A stretch of 63,575 nucleotides of DNA, filler included, from Choristocarpus tenellus KU-1152 (taxonomy: Eukaryota > Protista > Phaeophyceae), in assembly GCA_964200185.2 (NCBI GenBank). It is 12 parts of 12 records of this genome, joined end to end, with 100 filler letters (N's around TTAATTAATTAA, not from the genome) between each part and the next. Parts side by side here need not be neighbours in the genome. Positions count along the whole stretch, not along the records: positions 24,913 to 40,930 come from CAXNAD020000888.1; 11 more parts are not named here. One strand, written 5' to 3'. Positions within the stretch are counted from its first letter, which is position 1, and each line of letters begins with the position of its first letter. The position numbers and the translations under genes are program-made. The notes below the pieces were generated by a model. The model ran no database searches. It was not told the origin of the DNA and was given only the letters and a program-made list of their open reading frames with translations. This document shows positions 27,128-40,890 of the stretch, in pieces.

Positions 27128-30100
27128 CTTGTCATAAAACTCAATCAGCACCCTTGTGTTGGCAGCGGTAGCACTGTCTTGGTCAAGTATCCGAACCTAA
27201 GATTGTGCAGTGTGGTGCAGTAGGGTGAAGGCCACTGTGTTGAGCATACAAAAATACCTCAAAGCAAGAACAAAACCGATAACTATACGGGATGAGAATG
27301 GGACCAACATCAAAACAAGATGACACATCTCTGATGACCTTCCACCATGGTACCAGCACACCTACCAAATAGATTAGATTGGTTTGAGTAAAACTACAGC
27401 AACATTGCTTGTAGTCTGGTCAAGAAAACAAACACAGAAAACAGTACTGGGACTAATCCCTACCATTCTCTTAATAGAAACTCGACTTCTCCACAACAAC
27501 CAGGCACAAGCAACATCCAAAACATCCAAATCAAACAAAAGGCAAGAGAGTGTTGGCAGCATGTATTGATCCCCTCACACACAACACCAACAGTCTACTT
27601 TCATACTCAAGTGCCATTGCTGCAGGGGGCGTATGGTACGATGATACTTCTCGCGCATGGACCCCAAATTAGGAGCAAGTTTTGAAACAATCCACAAAAC
27701 GAAAATATGCACATGCTCTCGGTTTTGACAAGACGGATGAATTACCTTGTAGTCATTGAGAACAACGTGTTGTAGACTGGGGAAGGAGGGAAGCAGCGCA
27801 CGGTACAGGGCCTTGGACAGAGCATTGACAGGGCCATTGCCTTCTGCCACCTAAGGAGAGATTTCGACAAATAACAGACACAAAGCAAGATACTCAAATA
27901 ATCTGGTGCCAACAAAGATTGACTACTGCATCCAGAAATGTCTGCAGACTGCAGGTGCTTGTGTCACTTGAAAGAAGTCAGCAAAGTGTGCCGAACAATT
28001 TCTTAGATGGGGTATACACTGTTCTGACGGAACTGCCATAGTGACGTACAAGCATCACAAGCTGAAACTCAGACGCTGGTAAAAGAGGTGATAAAAAACA
28101 TGTCATCGCATCATAATCTACTTGGGAGTGCAACTCTACCTGCAACACCTTCATTAATCTCCGTTAACCACATGCACATTCCAGAAAAAGTCACACTTGG
28201 TGCAAAAAAAGGCATTTGCATCACACTACTACACCAATATACTACCAGTATACTACCAGTATGCCATAAGACCACATTAAGTGGCAAACAAACTAAACAC
28301 ATAGAAATCATGATGGAACGACACTCATTTGAGAACCATAGCCATTTCTTGTACTCACGCAGCAAGAGTCACCACCCTCACCCACAACACAGTACATACC
28401 TGAAGGCATACTCGGGGGTCTTCATCCTCCAAGCCCTCGAGCATGGGTGCAAGAGATTCTTCCAAAGGTGAAGGCAAGCGTACCTTTACATGCATTGAAA
28501 GCATGGCAAATTGTGTTGATCAGATCTGCAGCAGGTGAAAGTGCACATCTTGGAAAGACTTTGAGTCTCAAAAGGTGCCTGCCTAGTTCTCGTATATTAC
28601 ACCTAAGGGACCATTCAGGCTCTTGTCATCAATAAATAACAAATACTGAGTACTAATCAAAATGTAACAACCACTGACACACAACATAATTTAACTTAAT
28701 TTTGCAAAAACTCACAGTTCCACAGACTCCATTGACTTGACACACCCAGCACTTGAGGAGAGCAAACCGAAGTGGCTAAGGTGAGGTGAACGAGTCTGAA
28801 ACTCTCTACACAACTAGTCCCTCTGTCTCTAGAGCTGGTGGAGTACAAAAACATACCCTAGCTGCTCCTACAAAAGTACCAACTACTCCCAAACACAAAA
28901 AGTACACGCAAAACATGTGAAACAGAATAATCATCATCGGGACAATCGAGCATAAGCCGCATACAATTGAAGGCCTAAAGCATTCATTCTACTGCTGTTA
29001 CATCTTGTCCATTTCTTGAAAACAACATGGTAATTGAAGCAGGTAGTAAGTACCCCCACCTTCACCGTTGCCCTGGCAGTCGCAATATTTCCCCCAACCT
29101 GTAATCCTCCCCTTTGTTTTGCTCCATCCCAGGTCTGCACTAGATAATCAAGGAGCCTGGGTCAATTGTCAACGATCAGCAATTAGTAAGCACCGTCATG
29201 GAAAGTAGATATTTAAGAAGTAGCATAGCAGCACAATCAAAAGGGGAATCCCAAAAGACGGAGAGATCAGCAACGGCACCCTTGTTAGCATGTTGCATGC
29301 AAGGGCAGCCCCAACATTCTCTTCAGTCATCTCGGTGTTGTAGCCCGCCCTGTAGGGAGGCTGTATTCTCAAGCTGTACTCCACATCCGAGAAAAGAGAT
29401 ATCTGAAATCACAATCACATCACTCACAGGAAGAAGTGCGCCCTTCGCTTGACAAAGGAAAGGTTTCACACCCTGCCTGTCCTGTCAACACATCGGCTTC
29501 AAAACATAGTGTACAACAATACAACAAAAAAGTAACGCATCCCCTAACTCTGGCATCAAGGTTAAGGTCAACGTGATGCTTGCGCTATCACTTAATGCCA
29601 TAACGAACGTGTATCACAGAAAAAAATTTATTGTTTCAATACCACAAAGAACGTTTATCACAGTAAAAAAATAAAACAATTACGATCAATAGTATTGGTC
29701 GAGGTGTTCATAACAACAAAAAAAAACGCAATAAAAACAGTCTATACACAGAACAAGAGCAATCGCCACCATCCCATCAAAACAGACGCATCATCAACCA
29801 ATTACAGTCATGAGTGATAACCTATCTAGGACACACACAAGGGGAGGAATAGGCGGGTGAGGTATTAGGCATAACTCCGTAGTACTTACAATTGACTCTC
29901 TCACTAAAAATAGGGCATAGCACTCACTTAAATGGGACAGAGTATCCAGCCATAGTTCTTCGTACCATCAAGTTAACAGAGGCATCTGCTCCCTCAAAGG
30001 TGTACCCTCTCTTTTCCAGGCCCTTGACATTCTCCAAGACCTGACAAGTGCAACACAGACAGGTAGGTTTGCACACATCATCAATTGATATACACGTAGA

Positions 30101-33100
30101 ATGTAGTCCATGTAAATAGTATTCAATAACGAACAAGCTGCATCTGGACACTATTGGCAACAGGACAATTGTGAAAATAGAGACCATTGCTCGCTGCACT
30201 TCATAAACAAAAAAATAAAGAAAACCACTACACACAAGTGCCTACTAGTAGTTCAACCAAAGGCCAACACACGGACCACACATGAAAAATGGTCTCACGG
30301 CACATGTCTCTGTTGCCCCACACCCTGTATTAGCCAGTTACAAAAAATAAAAATAGCAGGCTCACCTTGCCTAGTCGCTCCTTCCACACGTGAGATGCCT
30401 TGATCTCTTCAGGACTACCCATACCAAATTCCTCCACCTTGGAGAGTATGTTGCTTCTACCAGACAGTTCAGACACAAGGATCCTGGAGTGTTGTTGAGA
30501 AGAGAGAGAGAGAGAGAGGGAGAGAGAGAGAGAGAGAGAGCTATTGTCAGCTCCAACAGGATCTTGTGAGAATGACCTGCTTGGTGATTTTTCATCTCCC
30601 CCCATTTACTTCAACCCGAACCCTAACCCAATACATGGACTACACAGACATGAACACGAACCACTCAAGCTAAGAGTTCACACTCCAACAGAACTAGGCT
30701 ATGAAAATTACACGAGGCAAGAGACTCTGCGCTTACAAGAACTCTTTACTTGTAGAACCATCCACAGAATACCTCAACCGCATCACCAAAAAGAAACGAT
30801 TATATCACCAGCAGTACCACCTACTGTACTATCAATAGTGGCATTCAACAGTGGCACCAGAAGTGTCAACAGAGCAGTGTTACGTTAAAATGAGGAAATA
30901 ACCAGCTCATCACATTTCAGGCATTTCTTTTGTTGTACTGCATGAGTAGTAGTAGTATCACCTCAAGGTCCTGCTCTGTTCAATTGACTCTGTCTAGCCA
31001 ACCACTATCGATGGATTTGTGGTAGAAGACTTCAAAGGAAAAAATGGCCCAAATCACCTGTATCCTCTATCTTAATTTTTTTTAAATCCATCAGGAATTT
31101 TCACCCCCATGGAAGCAGATACAACATTGAAAACTTTACCCACGAGTGTGTCTCTAGCAACACAAAAGTCTACACAACACTAAAAAAAACACATTCCACG
31201 CATTCTTTCGGTTTCCCCCCCCACAAAAAACAATAAAATTTCTGCACTATACTCCCCTCCAACCTAAACCTATCCTTACTCCCTTCATAGCCCTAACCCT
31301 AAGGACAAAAACATACCTGCGGGAGTTCCCAACCAAGGAGGGATCAATGTGCTGATAGGAGTCGGGAATCTTGTTGACAGCACTGACATGTATCCCCCCC
31401 TTGTGTGCAAATGCACTCATGCCAGTGAAAGGCGCTGCCGAGGATGGAACCCTATTGAGCTGCATTGTAGCAGGCAGGCAACATTGGTGAAAAACAGAAG
31501 CCAAGCAAAAAAATAGGGATAGAAGAAATGGCCTTACGAACAGGACTTACTCTGTGTATTACTTTACATTATGTTACACTATGTTACAGTATGTTACAGT
31601 ACAGCTTGCCGTGATACACTTCCGAACAGAAACAGGACCACACACATACATACATATATACATACATATATACACTCATACATACATACATACATACACA
31701 CATACATATATACACACATACATACATACATACATATATACATACACACATACATACACACATACATACACACATACATATATACATACATACACACATA
31801 CACACACACACACATACACACATACACACATACATATATACACACATACATACATATATACACACATACATACATACATACATACACACACACATACATA
31901 CATACACACACACATACACACATATATACATACACACATACATACATACATACACACATACATACATACATACACACACACATACACACATACATACATA
32001 CACACACATGCACAGGAAACAACTGGCAAAAAGCTTGAACATAAGTAGTGAGAGGGGATCAATATCAAAAATCACAATGTTCAGACAACAAAGAAAAAGA
32101 AAAATGCACGAGAAAAGACGCACGACTAATAAATTAAGACTGATAAATCATGACTAACGAATTAAGACTAATAAATCATGACTAATGAATCAATGATACC
32201 AGGCTCAAAGTATCTTGGGGGGGGGGGACCCCGGTGGCGGCTGTCTATTTGGGGCCAATTATTTCCATGTCGCGATTTTTGTGTGATTTGGTTGCATACG
32301 TCAGATGGATAATGTAAGCGCACTTTTCTGGATATGACCCAAATGAACACCCTGGTATAGACCCCCCCCCCCCCCCCCCCCCCCCCTCCNNNNNNNNNNT
32401 TTTCAAAACAAAAAGCGGAAACGGGTTTTGGGGGGGGGGGGGGGTAAAGGTGTGTCCTTCCCCGCTTTTTAAACCCCCCCCCCCCCCCCCCCCAGATACT
32501 TTGGGTCACCAGTAGGAAATATGCAGATCTTTTCTTCTTTTACAAAACATCACTCACACTATGTCTCATAAAGCACCAACCGCAACTACTTACAATGCTA
32601 CCACAAGTTTAGGGTTAGGGTTGAGGGGCGTAAGTGTTCGGACCTGCTCATCAGTGTATCTACTGATGGCGGTAAGGTTCCTCAAGCTCTCCCCCACCCC
32701 CTCATACCCCATCTTGAGCTGCAGCGTTGGAATGATTGTAATGAGATTAGCATTGCCCGTACGTTCTCCAATCCCGTTGACCGTTCCCTGAAGAAAAAAA
32801 AGAAGCACAGTCAACAGAAAGTTAGTGACCACATTGAATATCTGGCGGATGTTATGAACACTTGATGACTCAGGTGCAAGTAAGACTTTGTGGACTCATG
32901 AATCAAATTGGGTCTCCATGTAGGGCTGCATACACACAGGGCAGGGGAAGAAAAAACAACCCACAAGTCCTGATACAACTTCCAGTAGACCTTACAACAT
33001 TGAAGTGCTTTAGGGGTAAATGGGAAACCAAGTGCAAATGGGGGAGGGGGGGGGGAAGAACCTGTCTCAAGTGCCGTAGAACTACATAGGCAACTGTGAG

Positions 33101-36100
33101 ATTCAACAAATCTCATGAGCAGTGTTTATGGAATAGAGGTTTAATCGAGAGAAGAAGGACTGGCAACAATGGAAAGACCACCTTAGCGTCACTAGGGCAG
33201 ATATGTATAGCAACAATGCCTTCTCAAGGAGCTTATCGACTTGTACATATTGAGTGCATTGTAGACACACTCAAAACTCGAAAATCGTGAGGTAATCATA
33301 CTGAATATGAATATGAATATGAATATGTAGGATTCATAACACGGGGTGCTCAAAGCTCGCACACCTCACAATACACCCCGACAGAAAATAGAAACAAAAT
33401 ATTGATAGGAACTACTAAAAACACATCAAGGCACTAGAACACAATAAGTAGGGTCTCCAATAAAAGCTTTACAGCCCTCATAAATGTTCTGCCTCACACG
33501 ATCATGCAGCAGTACCACCTACCATTGAATCAGTACTCATCGACCACATAAGAGGTTCAATAGCTACCTGGACTACTTCAGCTCCACTCCTAACAGCCTG
33601 GATGGAGTTGGCCACAGCTAGCCCCTGGTCATTGTGGCAGTGGATGCCCAACCGCACCTCAGGATGAGCAGCCTGTACACTGCGTATCACCTCATCAATC
33701 TGTGTTTGACCGGAACCAGTACCCAAGTACAGGTACAGGTACAGGTACAGGTACAGGTACAGGTACAGGTACAGGTACAGGTACAAGGACCAAGTACAAA
33801 AATTGAGTAAAACAAATGAGTACCACAGTACAACTAAAGTGTATTCTTATGCAATGTGCAGGTTGACAACAGGGTTGGTCCTGGACACTCTGACATTCCC
33901 AGTGTCTTAAGAGACAAAAGTGTCCTTCAAGAGCATAGCCAATAACGTGATCATTGTAACACAGTGAAGGGTATGAGATCACTGTAACACAGTAAAGGGG
34001 ATGAGATCATCCAAGGGGGTGTTGTGGAGGAAATGGAGAGTAAGTCGATCACCATGTGGCATGTAATGGGTTGATCTATTGCGTGTGGTTTTGAGAGCCA
34101 GTAAGGAGGAAGGATGTGTATGTAGTTAGGAAGACAACATAAGGATGCATGATACATGCACATAGTACTCAACCTGCACGGCAAATTATCAAGTAGCTTG
34201 TAGAGCTAGAGTAAAATTACAACGGTAGTAGTACAAAAGTATAGCAAACATAACCAATAACCACAGTACTAGAACACAACAAACACCACTCTGAAGCACC
34301 AGCTACAACAGCAAGTATATTGAATTTCCAAGCATTCAACAAGAAGCAGTAACATAAGAACATTGCATCAAAACATTCTTGCTATCAACTCAATATTACA
34401 CATCCCATCACTACAGCAACACCCAGCCACGAGGTCAAGAGAGTGAACCAATAAAAATGAAACAAGGCGGGTCATCACCTATTGCACTGTCGCATGAGAG
34501 TGACTGACCAATCAAGAGCACCACCGACGCCTCCATGTACTAATGTCCCTAATAACAAAAAAAAATGAGGCATCAAATCAAACCTTCAATGTTAAAAACG
34601 CAAGGCCACCCTTCATACTTCGTAACCACGTAACACAACGTACGCAGTACAGGGTTTTATAGTACCTGATTGGCGCGTATACTTCCAGACACGCGAGGAG
34701 GAGTTTTTTTTCCGCACACACAAACTTGGCATTAAACAGACAAAAAAAAAAATGCCTTCAATAGACCGAACAAAAACAACAACTGAGGTTTCCGCACTGT
34801 GGAAGGCGTTCAAAAGTATCATGCGCCGGATCAAATCAAATCCGATTTGTTGTGTGGAAATCGAATTCTGACAAATCAACCACAGGTTCTCCCTGCTGTA
34901 AATCTGAGCTTTGCGTGTTTGTGCACATCCTCACGAATAGGATATTTGTAAGTTATCTCTTCCATCCGTACTCATCAATATTTCTGAGAGTGGTGTGGGA
35001 CAAAACTTCGGACAATGATGAGATGTCCACTAATCAACACACTGTGATTTGTACAACTTTGTGCTCACTAGGGCAAATCAATCAGTGTGGAGGGATTCAA
35101 ATAAATGTATTTGAAACAAGGAACCTTTTGCACATCCTCTTCACATAGAAGAGTGGTACCAATAAATACTTGTACATGTTTCACAGATAGGTGAATGGTA
35201 CCAAAAATACTTGTATATGGTTTGAACACAGGAGGAGTGGTGTGATACTGGTACATGATATTCTGCCACTGACCATTGATACAAAAGCAAACAGGTACAT
35301 TTTCTCAACTAATAAAAGTAAAGCAAGGGACCCCAACAGGTATTGAACCTGGGGATATGACACACTAGAGACACGATGTCATCTAGTACCCTACAATGTG
35401 CCAGCTTAGGGTTAGGGTTAGGGTGATACTACTTACACTATCATGGAACAGCAAGGGAACCAAGTACTGACTGAATGTGATTGCAGTTATAGTCGTAAAC
35501 AAAGATTTGTACATGATTATTCTTTCCTATTAAATCACAATATTATATTTGTAAGTACATGATTGTTCTTTCCTATTAAATCACAATATTATATTTGTAA
35601 GTACATGATTATTCTTCCCTACTAAATCAAAAAATACTATTTCTACATCAAAATGAGGTAGGGACAGATCTTCTCTCAGCACATAGGGTTAAACAACCTA
35701 TAAATAATAAAATGGTTAGTGATATCTACAAATCATGTGTACAGGCTAACTGACAGGGTTATAGAGACAAATCAGGACTTGCACACCATTCATTAATATT
35801 GAGTTGTACTCAGCAAATGATTTGTGATACGACATTCCTGGATAAAAATGATTTCTACATCTTCACCATTTCTTCAACCTTCACATACAGGTTACCATAC
35901 TTACACTATTTATATTTTATTATTTATATCAATTGTGAAGCACAAAAACGTTCAGTGGTCATTACTCTTACATCTAACAAATATCATACAAGGGACTTGT
36001 TCCTACCCACCAACAATTTTATAGGTCACACATGCTGCCATACATATTTAACATCTCAGGATCAAACAAACTAGTTCTGTTACCCATTACATACAAACAC

Positions 36101-39100
36101 TGCCAACAACACACAACCATGCAAATCCATACCCCCCTGCCTGACACAGGAAACTCCCCAGCCATAGTACTGGTATATTCCCCTTTGGAAAGGGGGACTC
36201 TTTTACTAACTTCCTCTCCTCACCTCCCAAGGCAGACTCCCACCATTAGTGTCACAGAGCACCAGAACATCCACTCCAGCCTCGACAGCAGCACTACATA
36301 TCTATGAGTGTGTAACAAAAGAGGTGCATATATTGTTCAAACATGAAGTACATACCTATGAGTGTGTATCAAAAGAGGTGCATAGATTGTTCAAACATAA
36401 CCAAATGTACTGAGTACTTGGGTGCACTTAAGTGGGATACTACTACACCAACTGTGACTTTGGTTGTACTATCAATTCAGAAAACAATTTCTTTTGTACA
36501 ACTGCATTAGGTGTCGGAATGTGTATGTACTATATTAAAATTACTGCAACACTGGCAAAAGGTCATGCAAAGCACTTACTCAAGCATGACACACACACAT
36601 TCAATCAACCTTGACCAATTCCAGATGGCACAATATAGTCTAACCGGAGAGGAATCTCGCACCCAGGTGGAGTGCTATAGTAATCCTCAGGACACCGGAA
36701 CAAGATGTAAACCAAATCAACACAAACACACACACATACAAAACTGATTGAAAATAGTGTCAAGGACAGTGTATCATTTTACCATTTCAGGATCATTCTC
36801 CAATATCAAGACTTCACACCCTCCTAATCTCCTGCAAAATGGGGTATCCTTCAGAAAATAATAATACAATAACGGCAGCCATAGAGTGCATACTGACACT
36901 ACAGTGCCTTCATTAGGGCAGGGTAGCAATACCTGCAAGGAATAGTCACTGTTAGCCTTGTAACCATCAATGAAGTGCTCCAGGTCAAGCATGACCTCCT
37001 TATCAGCAGCCTTTAGGTGTGCCACACTCTCTCTGACCATGGCCAAGTTCTCTTCCCTTGATACCTGTACAAACAGAGATAACCAAGAAGAGAGCGATAA
37101 ATGTCCATAGTCAGCAACAATCTTGCCTAGAGGTGCTTAGGTCCCTGGAAGTAAGACATATTCTAGTTCCCTGCAATACAGCAATAATACCTGTTCAAGA
37201 CTTATCCGATCTCGACATGTATAGCGTGAGACACTCAAAAAAGGGCTAAAATTTTTTGTTTCCTTTTTTTTTTGTATGTATTAATGATGCTGTGTGTAAT
37301 AATGTCTGTACGTATCAATGAAGTCTTGTATTTTCTCAAGGATTGGGTTACGGTTTTCAACTCTGATCAAAGAAGATGAAGACATCATAAAAAAAGTAAA
37401 AAAAATGAACTACACAGGCAAGAACTGTGCGCTCCAAGCCCTTTACTACCAAGGGGTCAGAGAGGTCCTTCAATACTCACCAGCACCTCCCTCCCAGTTA
37501 CTCAGGTCACTCTGGATCAAAAGAAAAAAGAAAAAAATGGCAACACTGTGGGCATACTCTGGTTATAACGGCATTAAAAAAGAAACCTTTGCAAAATACA
37601 TAGGGATGAAAAAAAAACTACCTTACCTCATGGCACCGATTCTTACAGATAAACAACGCCTTCCCATATCACACTCTCAAAAAACATGGGGAAAATTCAC
37701 AACAAGTATGCCAAGGGGAGGTTAACTCACAAACACGGCCTGCTGTGACCCCCCCCCCCAAACAAACACACTCACTTCAAGGATGTGGTCCACATGCAAA
37801 TCCCAGGCCTTGGCAACAATGGTAACACACTTGGTTCCGGCAGCTATCAGCGCTGCGAGCTGGGGGTCTGCCATACAAGACACATGCTTCCTCCGGGTGC
37901 TGTAATAATAATAGCAAAAAATTTAGTGGGTTCATCAATTGCAGCATTGCCCACAAAAAGTAAGGGTCATTAACAGGTACATGTGTGCCACTTAAAGGTA
38001 CAAGGAGTCCCTCGGTCGATGAAGGGACTCTTGTCTGTCATCTACGTATTCTTTCAATCAGATCACCACCACATTTTGAATCACAGATTCCATCTTTGTA
38101 GCTGATCCTACGCTTGGACTTGCCTCAGCCTGTGTGAAGCCGGAATGCTGCGAATAAAAAAATAAAGGTAGATCTCATATACCATGTACACAGGGCTCTT
38201 TTTAAAGTGTGAGGGAGAATATATATATATATGTAGAGAGAGAGAGAGAGCTACCTATTATGTGACCATGTGAACCAACCTTTGATTTTCGTTATAGGTT
38301 AATTTCCATTTAAACAAATTGACACTTCAATCACTACAATTTGCAGCACTTGGAATAACAATAACAATAAAAGATAATATCAATATCAAAACTATACTTA
38401 ACACCTATATATATAAATAGGATAGAATACAATTTAATAATAATGGAACTACCTCTGATTAACACAGCAAATTTGAAGCTACAAATATCACTATAGGGAG
38501 GAGGTCTTGCCAAGTAGTATCATTATGATACAGAGCGGTCCAATTCCTCTGACTCATTAGAGTGCATCTTTATGTTGTAAACAAGGTGTCAATTGCTTGA
38601 TACGTGAGAAGATAATCAAGATACCACACATGCATTGCTCAAGCAACACTCCACTCTCTTCCCCTAGTCTTCTACGCTCTGCTTCTCAGTTCAATATCCA
38701 TTCCCGACTGCAGCACCTTGAAGACAATACCTGATATGACCTGTTCAAGTATGGTGAGACCACAGCAACCGAGAGCACCAATGGTGGCATTATCCAGGCG
38801 ACTGCCTTCTCTTTCCCCACTCAAGTTGTCCCATATTCAGTCAATTTCCTAGTCCGCATGTACCAACCTCAAGATGGCACCTTGCCACAACAATTTGTGC
38901 ACCCTTTCAGGTCTACATGAGCATTTTCCTCAAGTCAGTGTTTTGACTATTTATTTGGCACTTGGGATCTGTGTTGAAGTAGGCAAAGGAATAAACTCAA
39001 GACTTGCCTTCCAAAGGCGACAACCCTTTCCCATGCCTCCCTTGGAAGCTCATTTATACCCCTCTCGAAGAACTCTGCATCCTTCGGGTTTGAACCTGGC

Positions 39101-40219
39101 CAGCCACCCTCGATGTAGTGCATACCTTTTCAAGTAAGGCAGAATATTACGGGAGAGGAGAAAATGAAGAAGATAAAGAGTGTAACAGGGTGGCAGTCGT
39201 TTTTCTATGGTAAATGTCCACATCGCCTATCATTAGGTGTAGGAAGCTTTCAAATCAAGCCAACCAGCGGGTGATCATCCCCTCATGAAGGTTCACCTAT
39301 GTAGGAGATTGTTTCACACCAGCCATGCATGCCTTAAGTCCTGCGACAGATGTGAGGAGAGGTTGCACCTGGCAACCCTACACTTTACCTCTTCAAACCT
39401 TAGGCCAGGTGCCAGGCAAAAAGCGCCCACCGAATTACGTTACTACTGGGTGTGCAGACTGTGCCATCGGTTGAATGGGGAAATAGAACCAGCAATAAAT
39501 AAGAACTTCTTCGCTATATTGAACTGGGATGCGTTCTCAAAGGTCCATAGGAATAAGAGTCTCCCAGCAATGCAACAGGTTGGTATGATGGAGGTAGCTT
39601 AGATACTGTAAAGGTGAGATTTTTTATACCCACCAAAGTTATAGAGCTCTTTCGCTATCTTGAGTTTATCGTTGACAGATACACTGATCCCCTCCATCTG
39701 CGTTCCGTCTCGGAGGGTGGTATCGTAAAGCTGGACCACTTTGTTCGCCTTGGAAGCTACAGTACCATCGCTTCCACCAAAAGGGTCCACTAGTGGGTGA
39801 AATTCCTGTGCATATTGATAGATAAAAAAATCGTTGAACAGCAGATGGAGGTAAGAATAGAGGTCGGAAGGATCTGCAGGAGATGAGACAGGGCTAGAGA
39901 CGAGGTAGATAGATATTGGCTAAACACATGATAAAACTCTAGTCAAAAGTCGAGCTAGGAGGTGCCCACACACGACCTTGGAGGAGACGATCTCATCCCG
40001 GGTTTCTGTCGACACCATAAACAGAGACTTGGGCTCGCTTCCCCATGTTGAGAATGGTCGACGCGTAGGCGATCGGAAAAACCTTTCGTTAGATGTACAA
40101 CTCAATGATGTGCCTGAGAGACACAAACTAGCACGCCATTGGCCGTTCAATACAAAAGGCCTTGTAGGGGTGGCATAGAGCCCCCCCACGGTCAGGACAA
40201 GTGCAATTCTGACCCTCAT
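27128..40219 (-). CDS. cimA: Plastid-targeted citramalate synthase (bacterial CimA/LeuA3 type, DRE-TIM + LeuA allosteric domain), last exon(s) not found; exons 40219-39977, 39805-39634, 39125-39008, 37899-37776, 37064-36933, 36301-36224, 33699-33568, 32787-32644, 31459-31317, 30483-30366, 30040-29928, 29156-29060, 28483-28400, 27850-27746, 27196-27128
   Basis: 15 phase-consistent exons give [136 protein letters not shown]-terminus is a signal peptide + F + Ser/Arg-rich transit peptide. Confidence 0.85.
31640..32012. repeat. ~370-bp compound (CATA)n/(CA)n microsatellite in a cimA intron
   Basis: Directly visible; source of the spurious HT/YI/CV-rich ORFs. Confidence 0.95.
32202..32507. mobile_element. 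MITE family A copy in a cimA intron (spans a 10-N gap at its poly-C tract)
   Basis: GGCTCAAAGTATCTTGGGG...CCCAGATACTTTGGGTC; flanked by ACCA/ACCA. Confidence 0.8.
33727..33785. repeat. (GTACAG)n hexamer microsatellite just upstream of the cimA exon 7 acceptor
   Basis: About 10 units visible. Confidence 0.95.
35509..35630. repeat. 46-bp tandem repeat, about 2.7 copies (intronic)
   Basis: GTACATGATT units start at 35509, 35555 and 35601. Confidence 0.85.
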
Positions 40220-40778
40220 GCGCTCATCTCCTCTATTAAAGCAGCCAACCAGAAGGGCTGAAAGGTGACAGATGGAGATGCTGAAAGCAGACGCCCCCCC
40301 AAGGTCATACACAACATACAATATTTATGTGTGACGTCAAGTCCAAGAAAAAAAATGAACAGCACTCCTAGCCAATAAAATATCAAAAGAAGAAATACCC
40401 CCACCAAACTTACACTTAATAAGGTCAGTTAGGATATTGGTGACATAAATCTGGTTTTAATTTAACTTGTCCACGTAACAAGGATAAACGATCGTTCACT
40501 AATTGCACCATCCTCTCCAAACTACACTACAAAACACCAAACAAAGACCAAGTTGGAAAACTTCGGGCGAGATCCAGAAGAATTGAGATAGGAGATATTC
40601 CGACGAACAGTGTGAGTGCTGAGCCCAAAGTATAAGAAACTAGCCAGAAATGGAGAAAGTACAATTAGCATAGTGCAACAGTAGATAGAGAGTAGATAAG
40701 TACGAGAAGCAGTGCAGTAGGGTGTAGACCTCTGACTACAGGTCAAGATCATCCCTGACTAACATGTGACAGAAACAC

Positions 40779-40827
<49 letters not shown>

Positions 40828-40845
40828 GTAGTAGTAGTAGTAGTA

Positions 40846-40890
<45 letters not shown>
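40779..40890. repeat. (TAA)n/(TAG)n microsatellite
   Basis: Directly visible. Confidence 0.95.

Noticed and set aside
29196-29404. Exon-like segment in cimA intron 11
   Set aside because: It has a stop in the cimA phase, exons 11 and 12 join correctly without it, and it has no recognisable homology.
31554-32123. Long His/Thr/Tyr- or Cys/Val/Met-rich ORFs
   Set aside because: Translations of an intronic microsatellite.
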